From Gammaproteobacteria bacterium (lineage in GTDB: Bacteria > Pseudomonadota > Gammaproteobacteria > UBA4575): a stretch of 64,000 nucleotides of DNA. Made by a program: the position numbers and the translations under genes. Of this stretch, positions 33,928 through 43,834 are shown one piece after another (position 1 is the first letter of the stretch; each line of letters opens with the position of its first letter). A model generated the notes under the pieces. That model was given only the letters and a program-made list of their open reading frames with translations. It was not told where the DNA came from and ran no database searches. The DNA is taken from positions 192,001 to 256,000 of the forward strand of contig CBDCUI010000009.1 in NCBI GenBank assembly GCA_965222615.1, read 5' to 3'.

Positions 33928-34584
33928 TTATTTGCCAAACCCGTGACCTAAAGCCCAGACAGCGGCTTCTAGGCGTGAGTGAACCTTCAATTTCCTTAAT
34001 AAATTTTTCACATGTACTTTTACAGTACCATCACTTATATCAAGATCGCGTGCAATAAGTTTATTATTTTTACCACTTGCAATTAATTCCAAAATTTCTC
34101 TTTCTCTTTGAGTAAGAGAAACATCTTCTTCTTTTTCCGGCGTAGCATTTCGATCACGTCGTATAGAGCTTGCTAGCTTTTCAGATAAGTTCTGATCTAG
34201 CACCATTTGTCCTTTTAATACGTTTTGTAACTTTGACTGTAAAACTTCCGGTTCTAAATCTTTTAATAGATATCCGTCAGCGCCATTGCGCAAAGCTGCT
34301 ACAAGGTCCTCTTCGGCATTAGAAACTGTCAGCACAATAACATATGCACCTATATTATTTTTTTTCAGCTCAACTAATGTTTCAATACCGTTCATGCCTT
34401 CCATGTTTAAATCAAGTAATATGAGATCGGGATTATGATGCAATGCTAGTTTAACTCCTTCCATCCCTGATTGTGCTTCACCTACAAGTTTAAATTCATT
34501 ACCCATATCATCGATAAGCTGAGCTACACCTTTTCGAAATAGTGGGTGATCATCAATAATTAAAACAGAATTTTCTGACTGCAT
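33928..34584 (-). CDS. narL: NarL/NarP-family response regulator
   Basis: DDHPLFRKG, LLDLNM, GADGYLLKD, TVKVHVKNLLRKL...SRLEAAVW. Confidence 0.88.
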   Translation of the reverse strand: MQSENSVLIIDDHPLFRKGVAQLIDDMGNEFKLVGEAQSGMEGVKLALHHNPDLILLDLNMEGMNGIETLVELKKNNIGAYVIVLTVSNAEEDLVAALRNGADGYLLKDLEPEVLQSKLQNVLKGQMVLDQNLSEKLASSIRRDRNATPEKEEDVSLTQREREILELIASGKNNKLIARDLDISDGTVKVHVKNLLRKLKVHSRLEAAVWALGHGFGK

Positions 34585-34596
34585 TTTTACCTCACT

Positions 34597-35859
34597 TTAA
34601 TCAGGCAAAATATTTTTACTATTTTTTGTTTTGAAGGATATTTTTATCTGTGTACCACCTAATTGACTCGCCTGAACGCGAAATTTTCCTCCTAATTCAT
34701 GTGCTCTTTGCTGCATAATGATCATGCCATGGCGGTGTGTGTGTGTTTGAATACCATCCATTCCAATACCATCATCATCAATAATAATGGATATTAATCC
34801 TTGAGGTTGTAAATTCAGTGATACCTCCGCACGGCTCGCTTGAGAATGTCTCACAACATTCGAAATTGCTTCACGAATTATTTGTAGCACATGAATTTCC
34901 TCATCTACTGCTAAATCTACACGAGACAATCTATTATCTAAGCTAATAGCAACACTGCTGCGATTTTCAAATTCTTCTACAGAATCTTCTAATGCATGAG
35001 CAAGATCACGACTATTCATTGCTAGTCTGAAAGTAGTAATCAGTTCACGTAACTGTTTATAAGAAATATTAAGATTTGTGCGCAATTCTTCTACAATGCC
35101 ACTGATTGCAGTTATATTGCTGTCATTTTTATTCGAGCTTATTTTCAGTAATGCTTGAAGGCGGCTTACTTGTATTTTTAAATAAGAAAGAGATTGAGCT
35201 AGTGAGTCATGTAATTCTCTTGCTATCAAAGCTCTTTCTTCATGAAGTGCAAGACGTTTGCTCATATCCACTTGCTGCGAACTTGACAAAATACCATTCA
35301 ATGCAAATTTTAATGACTCAATCTCTGCAATTGAAATTTTTTTCGATGCAGCTTTAGGCACTTTTAAAATTAAAGTGCCACCAGTACTATGCTTATTTTC
35401 GCTTAAACGAATTATTTTAATATCAAATAAATCATTATGATTTCGATTATGTAAGTGTAATGCGTTATAATTTTCATCTGATGAGATATGGCTTAAATAA
35501 TCTTTAAATAAATTCAGCTCTTTTTCGTCTGTAATTGCTATGATGTCATTTTCACCAGATTCTTTTTTTACAAAAATTGCACCTGCATCAGCATTTGTTA
35601 AATTTTCAATTTCTTTTAGTACAGTAGAGAATGGCGTTGTAGAACCAGGGTTTTCTATGATGGCTCTAAGAATAGAGTTAAGAAAATGAAGGTGTTTATG
35701 TTCATCAGGAAATTCTAATGTGCTGTATGCGAGCTTATTGGATTTGCTATTAGGTTGTGTAAGCTCCTTTTTTTCTCTAAACAGGTAGGTTTTTGATATA
35801 AGGTTCAGAAATGCTTTTGAGGTATGGAGCGTATTTTTATAATTGTCTGATAACATCAA
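34597..35859 (-). CDS. NarX/NarQ-like HisKA_3 sensor kinase, apparently soluble
   Basis: EERALIARELHDSLAQSLSYLKIQ, QLRELITTFRL, EAISNVVRHS, DDGIG; no TM segment visible. Confidence 0.88.
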   Translation of the reverse strand: MMLSDNYKNTLHTSKAFLNLISKTYLFREKKELTQPNSKSNKLAYSTLEFPDEHKHLHFLNSILRAIIENPGSTTPFSTVLKEIENLTNADAGAIFVKKESGENDIIAITDEKELNLFKDYLSHISSDENYNALHLHNRNHNDLFDIKIIRLSENKHSTGGTLILKVPKAASKKISIAEIESLKFALNGILSSSQQVDMSKRLALHEERALIARELHDSLAQSLSYLKIQVSRLQALLKISSNKNDSNITAISGIVEELRTNLNISYKQLRELITTFRLAMNSRDLAHALEDSVEEFENRSSVAISLDNRLSRVDLAVDEEIHVLQIIREAISNVVRHSQASRAEVSLNLQPQGLISIIIDDDGIGMDGIQTHTHRHGMIIMQQRAHELGGKFRVQASQLGGTQIKISFKTKNSKNILPD

Positions 35860-36421
35860 ATCGCCTTTTGTTATGAGTAGATGATTTGTTTTAACAGCTC
35901 ATATCAGCAGTAACGCATATACAACTGAAATAGCAACATATCACTGTAAATTTTAGTACAAATAGATTACACCTTGTTTATAAAGGCTACAATTTATTTG
36001 CCATGTGAAATTACTGTTTCGTAAAAACATGTAATACAATTAATTATATTCATTGCCTTACTCTACATGTGGTTTACATAAAGTATTAGTTTTTATAGTT
36101 GGCCAACCTCGTTCCTGGCGTTGCTACTAATATTCTTAGCAAGAATGTCTAGCATATACATATGTCAACCTAAACTATACGCCACTAGCACCATCGATGA
36201 TGGATAAAACTCTATAAATAAATTTATAAACCTAATAAGAAGTGTATTTATACACATGTGGCTACCAATAAAGTTGTATAACTTATTAGTAATTGACGCA
36301 GACTAGAAATACTTTTTATTTTTTGATGTTTGGCTAGTATCAGTTAACGCCTTTGCATTGTTTAGTCTAATTACTTCAACAACACAATTTTAAAAAAATA
36401 AATTATTTTAAGGAGAAACTC

Positions 36422-37528
36422 ATGGCCGTTACTCGACATTCAGCATTGGAATCACGTCATCAAGCGCTTGGCTCACCTCTTGGAGAATGGAATGAGATGG
36501 ATGTACCGTGGGAATATGCCCAAGATATAAATGATGAACATCTAGCAGTTCGACATGCTGCAGGGTTATTTGATGTTTCAGGTCTTAAAAAGAACCATAT
36601 TATAGGGCCAGATGCAATTTCTGTGGCTAATCATGTATGTACACGTGATTTGTCTATTCTTTATCCAGGAAGATCAACTTATGCCATTATTCTTAACGAA
36701 GATGGATACATCACGGATGATTGCATCATGTTTCACATATCGCCTAACCATGTAATGATGGTGCATGGTGGTGGTACTGGCATGGAGCAGCTGCAAAAAT
36801 CAGCGCAAAACAAAGATGTCAATATTATATTTGACGATGATTTACATGATATTTCATTACAAGGTCCTAAGGCAGTTGATTTGCTAGATCAACATACACC
36901 TTTTGATCTGCAAAGCTTAAAGTATTTCCATCATATACCTACTACATTATTCGATCATCACTGCCTAATATCACGTACAGGTTATTCAGGCGAACGAGGC
37001 TATGAGATTTTTGCTAAAGCGGCTGACATCGTTTCAATCTGGGATGCAATTTTGGAAAATGGTAATTCAATGGGAATCATTCCTTGCTCATTTAATTGTA
37101 TCGATGCTATTCGTGTTGAAGCAGCGTTGTTGTTTTATCCTTATGATATGAATGAAAATAATACGCCCTGGGAGGTCGGATTGGGATTCGCAATCAGTCA
37201 AAAGAAAAAAGCAGACTATCGAGGTAAAGATGCCGTATTAAATTCTATTGGCAAAGAAAAGATTAAAACATTTGGCATTGTCGCTAATTGTGAAACAGCT
37301 GTAGACCCGGATGCAGAAGTCATTCAAGATGGAAAAACAGTGGGTAAAGTAACTGCACCGGTTTTCTCGCCCATCATTAACCAATCTCTTGCTATGGTGC
37401 AACTTCAACCTGAACTTGCTCAGGCTGGCATCAATCTTGATGTCAAAGGTGAGAATGTATCGTGTTCTGCAACCACTTCAGAAATCCCTTTCCTGGATCC
37501 AACAAAGAAAAAGAGATCAGCTAAGTAG
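36422..37528 (+). CDS. stand-alone aminomethyltransferase (GcvT / folate-binding family)
   Basis: GLFDVSG, LQGP, SRTGYSGERGYEI, RVEAAL, TPWEVGL, PFLDP. Confidence 0.9.
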   Translation: MAVTRHSALESRHQALGSPLGEWNEMDVPWEYAQDINDEHLAVRHAAGLFDVSGLKKNHIIGPDAISVANHVCTRDLSILYPGRSTYAIILNEDGYITDDCIMFHISPNHVMMVHGGGTGMEQLQKSAQNKDVNIIFDDDLHDISLQGPKAVDLLDQHTPFDLQSLKYFHHIPTTLFDHHCLISRTGYSGERGYEIFAKAADIVSIWDAILENGNSMGIIPCSFNCIDAIRVEAALLFYPYDMNENNTPWEVGLGFAISQKKKADYRGKDAVLNSIGKEKIKTFGIVANCETAVDPDAEVIQDGKTVGKVTAPVFSPIINQSLAMVQLQPELAQAGINLDVKGENVSCSATTSEIPFLDPTKKKRSAK

Positions 37529-37660
37529 AAATTTAGTTTAATAATTCATTTGGCTATCTATTTTGATAGTAATGTCTAATATACCAGCGTATAAAATATG
37601 GCGCAGTAGTTTAGGTCTTATATATTTAACTAGTAACTCTCGAAGTAAAATCGCTAAAAA

Positions 37661-38377
37661 TTGAAACCAATACGTATTTTTAGGCACGATGACTGGATTG
37701 GAGCAGGTTATTTTGTTGAAACGCTAGATCGCCTTCAAATTGCATATGAATTAATTGCAATTGATACTGGTGACATAGTCACAGATCGACTTGAAGATGC
37801 AAGTGGCTTGGTTTTCTTGGGTGGAACCATGAGCGTAAATGATCCGCTTACTTGGGTTGATGATGAGTTAAACCTTATTCGTAATGCAGCAAAACGAAAA
37901 TTTCCAGTTTTTGGTCACTGTTTTGGAGCTCAGTTAATCAGTAAAGCATTGGGTGGAAGCATAAGCAAAATGCCTGCTAAGGAGATAGGTTGGCATGCAA
38001 TTGAGTTTAAAGATAATGAGATTACAAGAGAGTGGTTTAATAAACTACCACGTACAATTAAAGTCATGCTTTGGCATGAAGATGCAATGACACTACCACA
38101 GGGTGCAACACCTCTTTATTCAACTGCTTTTTGCCCACAGCAGGCTTTCATTTTCGATAATATGATTGCAACGATTCCACATATTGAAGTCACTTCTGCA
38201 ATGTTAAAAAATTGGTTAGATTTATATGGTTATGATTTAACTCCAATTTCGGCAAGCGTGCAGAGCATTGAAGAAGTGAGCAGTAATCTCGATATGCGGA
38301 TTCGCGATATGCAACAATTATCAGACGTTCTTTATAAACGGTGGTTAGATATAGTGAGAAGGTATAATCAGACTTAA
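37661..38377 (+). CDS. type 1 glutamine amidotransferase-like hydrolase
   Basis: LGGTMS, GHCFGAQL nucleophile elbow, WHED, PHIE. Confidence 0.88.
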   Translation: MKPIRIFRHDDWIGAGYFVETLDRLQIAYELIAIDTGDIVTDRLEDASGLVFLGGTMSVNDPLTWVDDELNLIRNAAKRKFPVFGHCFGAQLISKALGGSISKMPAKEIGWHAIEFKDNEITREWFNKLPRTIKVMLWHEDAMTLPQGATPLYSTAFCPQQAFIFDNMIATIPHIEVTSAMLKNWLDLYGYDLTPISASVQSIEEVSSNLDMRIRDMQQLSDVLYKRWLDIVRRYNQT

Positions 38378-38634
38378 ACTAGATTATTTATATTGGTTAA
38401 AACCAATTAATCGAGTACTTATTTTAGGCAAGCAGATACAATTAAAACGCTAAAATATCTTTAGTGCTCTAGTGCAAGACATTTGTACTAGCTTTAGGGC
38501 TTGTAATTCATTTATCGATATTTTATACGACAGACGATAATTATTTATATATCAGTGGGTTAATCAACACGTGCAATATGACTATATCTATTTTACTATT
38601 TACTAATATACAGGAATAACAGCAAAATCAGGCC

Positions 38635-39876
38635 ATGAGCGAATTCACTTTTAATACTGTTCCCGAAGTCTTAGAGGATCTTAAGCTGGGTAAGCTTGTG
38701 ATTGTTGTGGATGATGAGTCACGTGAAAATGAAGGTGATCTCATTGGTGCAGCAGACAAGTGTACGCCTGAAATGGTGAACTTTATGGCCACACATGGAA
38801 GAGGACTAATCTGTGCTGCCATTACTGAAGAGCGTTCAAGAAAATTAGATTTGGATTTAATGGTAGAGGCGAATGAAAACGATGCCTTACACAATACCCC
38901 ATTTACTGTTTCTGTTGACTATAAGCATGGTACTACCACCGGTATTTCTGCTACAGACCGTTATAAAACCATCCAGGCGCTTGCAGATCCTTCTACAAGC
39001 GCAAGTGATTTTGCACGTCCGGGACATATTTTTCCGTTACGTGCCACAAAAGGAGGGGTATTCAGACGTGATGGACACACCGAAGCTGCGGTAGATTTAA
39101 TGGAACTTGCCGGACTACGTCCTGCAGGCCTGCTATGCGAAATCATGAAGCAAGATGGCAGTATGGCGAGACTACCAGACTTAATTGAATTTGCCCAATT
39201 ACATGGTTTGAAAATTCTTACTATACAAGAACTTATAAGATACCGTTTACGTTATGAATCAAGAGTAGAGCGTGAAGTTACCGTACAACTACCCACTTGC
39301 TGGGGAGACTTTGAATTAACGGCATTCCGCGATATTTATACGGATAAAGAACATCTGGCGCTTGTACATGGCAGTTGGAATCCAGGTGACGACGTATTGG
39401 TGAGAATACATTCTGAATGTTTGACTGGCGACGTATTTGGATCTGCACGATGTGATTGTGGCGAACAAATCCGGATTGCCATGGAAATGGTGCAACAAAA
39501 TCAGCAGGGTGTCATTATATATATGCGTGATGAAGGTCGTGGCATAGGCTTGGTGAATAAATTAAAGGCCTATGCATTACAAGAACAGGGTTATGATACC
39601 GTAGAAGCCAATCTTGAATTAGGATTTGATGCCGATCAGCGTGATTTCTCCATCGCAGCACATATTCTGCGTGCATTAAATGTTGAAAATGTACAACTGA
39701 TTACCAATAACCCGGATAAGTGTAATTGGATGGAAGCGTACGATATTAATCTTGTGGATCGGATTTCTATGATTTGTCCAACAGATAGCGAATTTCGTCG
39801 TAAATATCTTCAGACTAAGCGCGACAAAATGGGCCACGTTATTGATCTTAAAAATATCGTACCGCACTGGAAATAA
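38635..39876 (+). CDS. ribBA: bifunctional DHBP synthase / GTP cyclohydrolase II
   Basis: DDESRENEGD, RPGHIFPL, GHTEA, RIHSECLTGD, RCDCG, EGRGIG, TNNP. Confidence 0.96.
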   Translation: MSEFTFNTVPEVLEDLKLGKLVIVVDDESRENEGDLIGAADKCTPEMVNFMATHGRGLICAAITEERSRKLDLDLMVEANENDALHNTPFTVSVDYKHGTTTGISATDRYKTIQALADPSTSASDFARPGHIFPLRATKGGVFRRDGHTEAAVDLMELAGLRPAGLLCEIMKQDGSMARLPDLIEFAQLHGLKILTIQELIRYRLRYESRVEREVTVQLPTCWGDFELTAFRDIYTDKEHLALVHGSWNPGDDVLVRIHSECLTGDVFGSARCDCGEQIRIAMEMVQQNQQGVIIYMRDEGRGIGLVNKLKAYALQEQGYDTVEANLELGFDADQRDFSIAAHILRALNVENVQLITNNPDKCNWMEAYDINLVDRISMICPTDSEFRRKYLQTKRDKMGHVIDLKNIVPHWK

Positions 39877-39879
39877 GCG

Positions 39880-40080
39880 CAAGAAGCTCTGATTTATTCT
39901 GCTACTTCGTTAAAAAATGTTTCGAAATGCTCATTTACTAGCGTGTAAACTCCGCTTTGACTCGCACCTTCCTGGTGCTCGGCCTGTGGCTAGCAGAGCT
40001 TCCCAAATCTGCTCCCGGCAGATTTGTCTTAACATTTTTTGCCTCATATCAAACGCTATGCTAATAAATCAGCACTCCTT
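39880..40080. repeat. nested palindromic REP/MITE-like intergenic element
   Basis: Outer arms CTGATTTATT...AATAAATCAG; inner arms AAAAAATGTT (39912)...AACATTTTTT (40031); internal hairpin CAAATCTGC-TCCCG-GCAGATTTG. Confidence 0.6.
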
Positions 40081-40109
40081 TAACGTATTAAGCTTACATA
40101 TTTAATAAA

Positions 40110-40727
40110 ATGAAATTACTTGGCCTTTCGGGCAGCCCTGCCAAAAACTCAAACTCAAGGACGTTGAGTGCCGTCAAGCAAGTTGTGGAATTTGCCAAGA
40201 CATATGATTCTAGAATAAATGATGAAACCATCAATGTGCGTGACTTAAATATTGAGTTATGCGACGGTCGTAATCCAGCCTTGTATGAAGGTGATACCAA
40301 GAACTTAATCAATAAGATAGTACAAGCGGATGCATTGGTTTTAGGGACACCAGTCTATAGAGGTTCATATACTGGTATATTAAAAAACGTATTCGATATC
40401 ATTCCTAATGATGCACTTGTAGGGAAACCAGTGGGCATCGTGGTTACGGCTTCGACTCAACATCATTATTTATCTATCGAACATGGAATTAAGCCATTGC
40501 TAGGATTTTTTCATGCTCATGCATTGCCAGGAGGCGTGTATTTAAGTAGCCATCATTACCAAGACCACGTGCTAGTAGATGAACGAGCGATAGAGCGCTT
40601 ACATCAATTAGGGGAATCCATAATTGAATTTGCTAAACATATTCCACATGACAGATCTAAAGTAACTGGCGCATCGGGACCAGATATTCCTTGGGAGTCT
40701 CGGTTGAAAGGTAGTAATACCCTATAG
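40110..40727 (+). CDS. NAD(P)H-dependent FMN reductase (SsuE/MsuE-like)
   Basis: LSGSP..NSRT, GTPVYRGSYTGILKN, GKPV. Confidence 0.9.
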   Translation: MKLLGLSGSPAKNSNSRTLSAVKQVVEFAKTYDSRINDETINVRDLNIELCDGRNPALYEGDTKNLINKIVQADALVLGTPVYRGSYTGILKNVFDIIPNDALVGKPVGIVVTASTQHHYLSIEHGIKPLLGFFHAHALPGGVYLSSHHYQDHVLVDERAIERLHQLGESIIEFAKHIPHDRSKVTGASGPDIPWESRLKGSNTL

Positions 40728-40929
40728 TTTTTTGTACCTTTTTGAATGTGCTACAAGTGTCTTAATATTTTTCATTGTAAAACAAGCGGATAACTAATAA
40801 TTTAGCATTAAATAATTACAAATAATTTATAACTAATTGATTTTAATATATATTATATATCGCTAAAAGAAAAATATAATAACTTCAAGCAACTTAACCT
40901 CATTTTTAATGTACCTCTTTGCATAAAGC

Positions 40930-41168
40930 TGTGGTACTTTACATCTCGGTGGTTCCATAAATCTCTGTACCGTTGAGAGGCGATATCTAGAGAATCCGGA
41001 AGGAGCAATAACTATATAAAATAACTTCTGTAAAACCATCTGCCTAGCGTAGAAACATTTAGCAGCCCTTTCTCCTCTAGTTGGGTCATTAATTAAAAAA
41101 TATAAAAGCTAAAGTTGTTACGCAAAGAAAGGTAAGTATCAACCCGCCCCCGTGGCGGGTTTTGTTTT
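40930..41168 (+). ncRNA. candidate orphan small RNA
   Basis: Extended -10-like TGTGGTACTTT, ~220 nt without an evident ORF, 5' hairpin CGGT...ACCG, ends in a strong terminator. Confidence 0.35.
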
Positions 41169-41169
41169 T
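41141..41169 (+). terminator. intrinsic terminator
   Basis: AACCCGCC-CCCGT-GGCGGGTT followed by TTGTTTTT. Confidence 0.8.
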
Positions 41170-41226
41170 CATGGGTACACTAATCTTTTTAAAACTTCTT
41201 TTTTCATGAACAGTTGTATTAAATCC

Positions 41227-41589
41227 ATGAAATTTTGGTATGTAGTCACACTAAGCTTACTGTTCATCTATACAACACCACTATTTGCGGCAGATGTAGG
41301 CGGCCGATATTTAATCTCAGGGATTGGTAAAGACTCATGTCAAAGTTTTGTAGATGCCGATGCTGTGGGGCAGTCATATTATTTGACTTGGTTATCTGGC
41401 TATATTACTTCTCACAATTATCATTCTGAAGGTACATATAGTATTGTTAACAAGAAGTCTGTTCAGGATTTAGAAACCTGGTTGCGCGGCTATTGTTTTG
41501 CCAATTTAGATCATACATTTGAACAAGCTGCAAAGGGTTTGGTGAGAAGTTTAGAATATTTTAAAAAGAAAAATTATTACGACAAGTAA
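41227..41589 (+). CDS. small exported hypothetical protein with a Cys pair (HdeA/Rap1a-like fold possible)
   Basis: MKFWYVV... signal peptide, G.G..SC..F, WLSGY, W...YC. The track start at 41152 lies inside the terminator. Confidence 0.65.
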   Translation: MKFWYVVTLSLLFIYTTPLFAADVGGRYLISGIGKDSCQSFVDADAVGQSYYLTWLSGYITSHNYHSEGTYSIVNKKSVQDLETWLRGYCFANLDHTFEQAAKGLVRSLEYFKKKNYYDK

Positions 41590-41607
41590 TTAATACAAGA
41601 GTGTTTT

Positions 41608-42030
41608 GTGGAAAATCAAGATCTTAAACGTGCTGGATTAAAAGTTACTTTACCTAGAATGAAGATTTTAGAGATTCTTGAAAGCTCCAATAAAAAACAT
41701 TTAAGTGCTGAAGATATCTATAGGGTATTACTTGACGCAGGTGAAGAAATAGGGCTTGCCACAATATACAGAGTGTTAACCCAATTTGAAGATGCGGGAT
41801 TGGTAATACGGCATCATTTTGAAACTGGGCAGGCTGTATTTGAACTAGAAAGCGGTAAACATCACGATCATTTAATCTGCGTTAAATGTGGCAAGATTAT
41901 TGAATTCATGGATGAGTCTATTGAAGCCAAACAAAAAGAAATTGCTAAGAAGAATGGCTTTCGAATCTCAGATCATTCTCTGATCATATATGGGATATGC
42001 GATAATATAGGATGTCAAAGCAAGCATTAG
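41608..42030 (+). CDS. fur: ferric uptake regulator
   Basis: AGLKVTLPRMKIL, HLSAED, GLATIYRVL, HHDHLIC. Confidence 0.96.
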   Translation: MENQDLKRAGLKVTLPRMKILEILESSNKKHLSAEDIYRVLLDAGEEIGLATIYRVLTQFEDAGLVIRHHFETGQAVFELESGKHHDHLICVKCGKIIEFMDESIEAKQKEIAKKNGFRISDHSLIIYGICDNIGCQSKH

Positions 42031-42089
42031 TCTAAAGTTCAATATCAAATAGACTATTCCTTAACGAGTTTTATGCTTAATTTACTTTA

Positions 42090-43445
42090 ATGTCTAAAAA
42101 CAAATTTCCTCCAGGCCCTGAAGGCGAGGGTAAATTAGGTTGTCTACCCAGCATGCGTAGCAACCCCATGCAATTCTTAGAGAAGGTTGCGCAAGAATAT
42201 GGTGGTATCGCCCGTATTAATATGGGTGATTATTACTCATACCTTGTTTCTGAGCCTAAATTAATAAAAGAAGTGCTAGTCGATAACTATGATAAATACA
42301 AAAAAAATACTCGCTATAAACAAGTACGTATGGTTATAGGAGAGGGTATGCTGCTAAGTGAAGGCAATGTCTGGAAGAGGCAACGTACCACGGCACAACC
42401 AAAGTTCACTGCCAAGGCATTGGAAGCACAAATAGACTGGATTACTCAATTGGCATCAGAATTTATTGACACCTGGCATGAAAATATTGAAACCAAAAAA
42501 CCAGTCGAGCTTGAATACCAATTTAATATCCTCACGCAATTACTTGCAGGAATGTGGATGATGGGTGCAGGATTCAAATCACGTGCAACTACAGTTGCCC
42601 ATATTTATCACCAGATTCGTACGAACTGGCCTGAGATGACCGATTTAACAACTAGTTTATTGAAACCGAAAAATTTGAAAAAAGAAATTAACTTTAGACG
42701 CGCATTGCACCAGCTGAATAAATGTGTGTATGGGATCTTAGATGAATATCCGGATATCATTGATACAGATATTGGTTATTTAAAACATATCATCGAAGAT
42801 GAGGACGCAAAGTCCTATATCAAAAAAAACAGACGTAGCTTACGTGATCAGATGCTTACTTTGTTTGTTACAGCATTTGAAACAACAGCTACATCTTTGT
42901 GCTGGACGATGTATGTCATAGATAAGTACCCAGAAGTGAAGCAACGCATTTATGAAGAAGTAAACACTATTCTCGGCAAACAAACTCCTACATCAGAACT
43001 ACTTAACAAGTTAAATTACACTGAAAAAGTTATCAAAGAGTCATTGCGCTTATATTCCTCAGTACATTCCTTTTCACGTGTTGCTTTAGAAGATCATCAG
43101 ATCGGCGGGTATAACGTACCGAAGGATATGACAGTTATCATATCTTCTTACGTAACGCACCGCCTTCCACAATATTGGGATGATCCCTATACATTTGACC
43201 CAAATAGGTTTGATAAAGATAGATCAGTTGGAAGGTCACGTTTTGCCTATATACCTTTTGCAGCAGGTCATCGAAATTGCATTGGCTCTCATATGGCAAT
43301 ATTGCAAAGCAAGCTAGTAATTGCGCTGATTACTCAACGCTATAATTTGACACTTATTCCTGGACACAAGGTGGAGCCTCAAGCCGCGACTACTATGCGA
43401 CCAAAATATGGGATGAAAATGAGTGTAGACCGTCTTGCTGCTTAG
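42090..43445 (+). CDS. cytochrome P450
   Basis: FAAGHRNCIG heme motif, ESLR (ExxR), FDPNRF, I-helix TAFETT. Confidence 0.93.
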   Translation: MSKNKFPPGPEGEGKLGCLPSMRSNPMQFLEKVAQEYGGIARINMGDYYSYLVSEPKLIKEVLVDNYDKYKKNTRYKQVRMVIGEGMLLSEGNVWKRQRTTAQPKFTAKALEAQIDWITQLASEFIDTWHENIETKKPVELEYQFNILTQLLAGMWMMGAGFKSRATTVAHIYHQIRTNWPEMTDLTTSLLKPKNLKKEINFRRALHQLNKCVYGILDEYPDIIDTDIGYLKHIIEDEDAKSYIKKNRRSLRDQMLTLFVTAFETTATSLCWTMYVIDKYPEVKQRIYEEVNTILGKQTPTSELLNKLNYTEKVIKESLRLYSSVHSFSRVALEDHQIGGYNVPKDMTVIISSYVTHRLPQYWDDPYTFDPNRFDKDRSVGRSRFAYIPFAAGHRNCIGSHMAILQSKLVIALITQRYNLTLIPGHKVEPQAATTMRPKYGMKMSVDRLAA

Positions 43446-43454
43446 TGAGATATA

Positions 43455-43607
43455 TTAATAACCTGCTCTACGTGCGCGGTCATCGGGACGATCGTCCTTA
43501 TCTTCCTTAGGGACAGTGTTGTTATCAGTGTCTGTTGGTTGTGGGCCAGCTACCCCACGACCTGCATTCAATTTGTCCTCTGTAAGCTCTTTTTGTCGCT
43601 TATCCAT
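43455..43607 (-). CDS. 50-aa charged, probably disordered small protein
   Basis: Manual translation: MDKRQKELTEDKLNAGRGVAGPQPTDTDNNTVPKEDKDDRPDDRARRAGY*. More GC-rich than the flanks; weak GGA/GAG RBS. Confidence 0.5.
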   Translation of the reverse strand: MDKRQKELTEDKLNAGRGVAGPQPTDTDNNTVPKEDKDDRPDDRARRAGY

Positions 43608-43662
43608 GCTCTTTATCCAAAAAAATCACCAAACTAACTATACTTTATCGCTTTTTATTGAC

Positions 43663-43678
43663 CGTGATCTAGCTCATA
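43663..43678. promoter_or_regulatory. possible CRP/Vfr-like site
   Basis: CGTGA-N6-TCATA; a weaker TGTGA-N6-TCGCC at 43722. Confidence 0.25.
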
Positions 43679-43834
43679 AGTCATTATCGATTTAGTATAT
43701 AAGTGTTTAAAGCAGATATTTTGTGAAGTGTATCGCCAAGTAGAGCCTACAAAAACCTTATAATTTACGGGAAAATAATAGGGAAATATTCATATACAAG
43801 AATTTAAACCAGGTATGGAGAGCATAATTTAAGG

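Noticed and set aside
33928-35859. Canonical nitrate-sensing NarXL
   Set aside because: The kinase lacks TM helices and the periplasmic P-box, and no nar/nap genes are in the window
39917-40105. 62-aa ORF
   Set aside because: Lies within the palindromic repeat element; no RBS or protein-like features
40975-41040. Glycine riboswitch (GAGAG...CCGGAAGGAGCAA resembles the aptamer core)
   Set aside because: The conserved CUCUCAGG 3' strand is absent and the downstream genes are unrelated
41152-41226. Extended N-terminus of the hypothetical protein given in the ORF track
   Set aside because: The GTG start falls inside the terminator hairpin; the signal peptide begins at a later ATG
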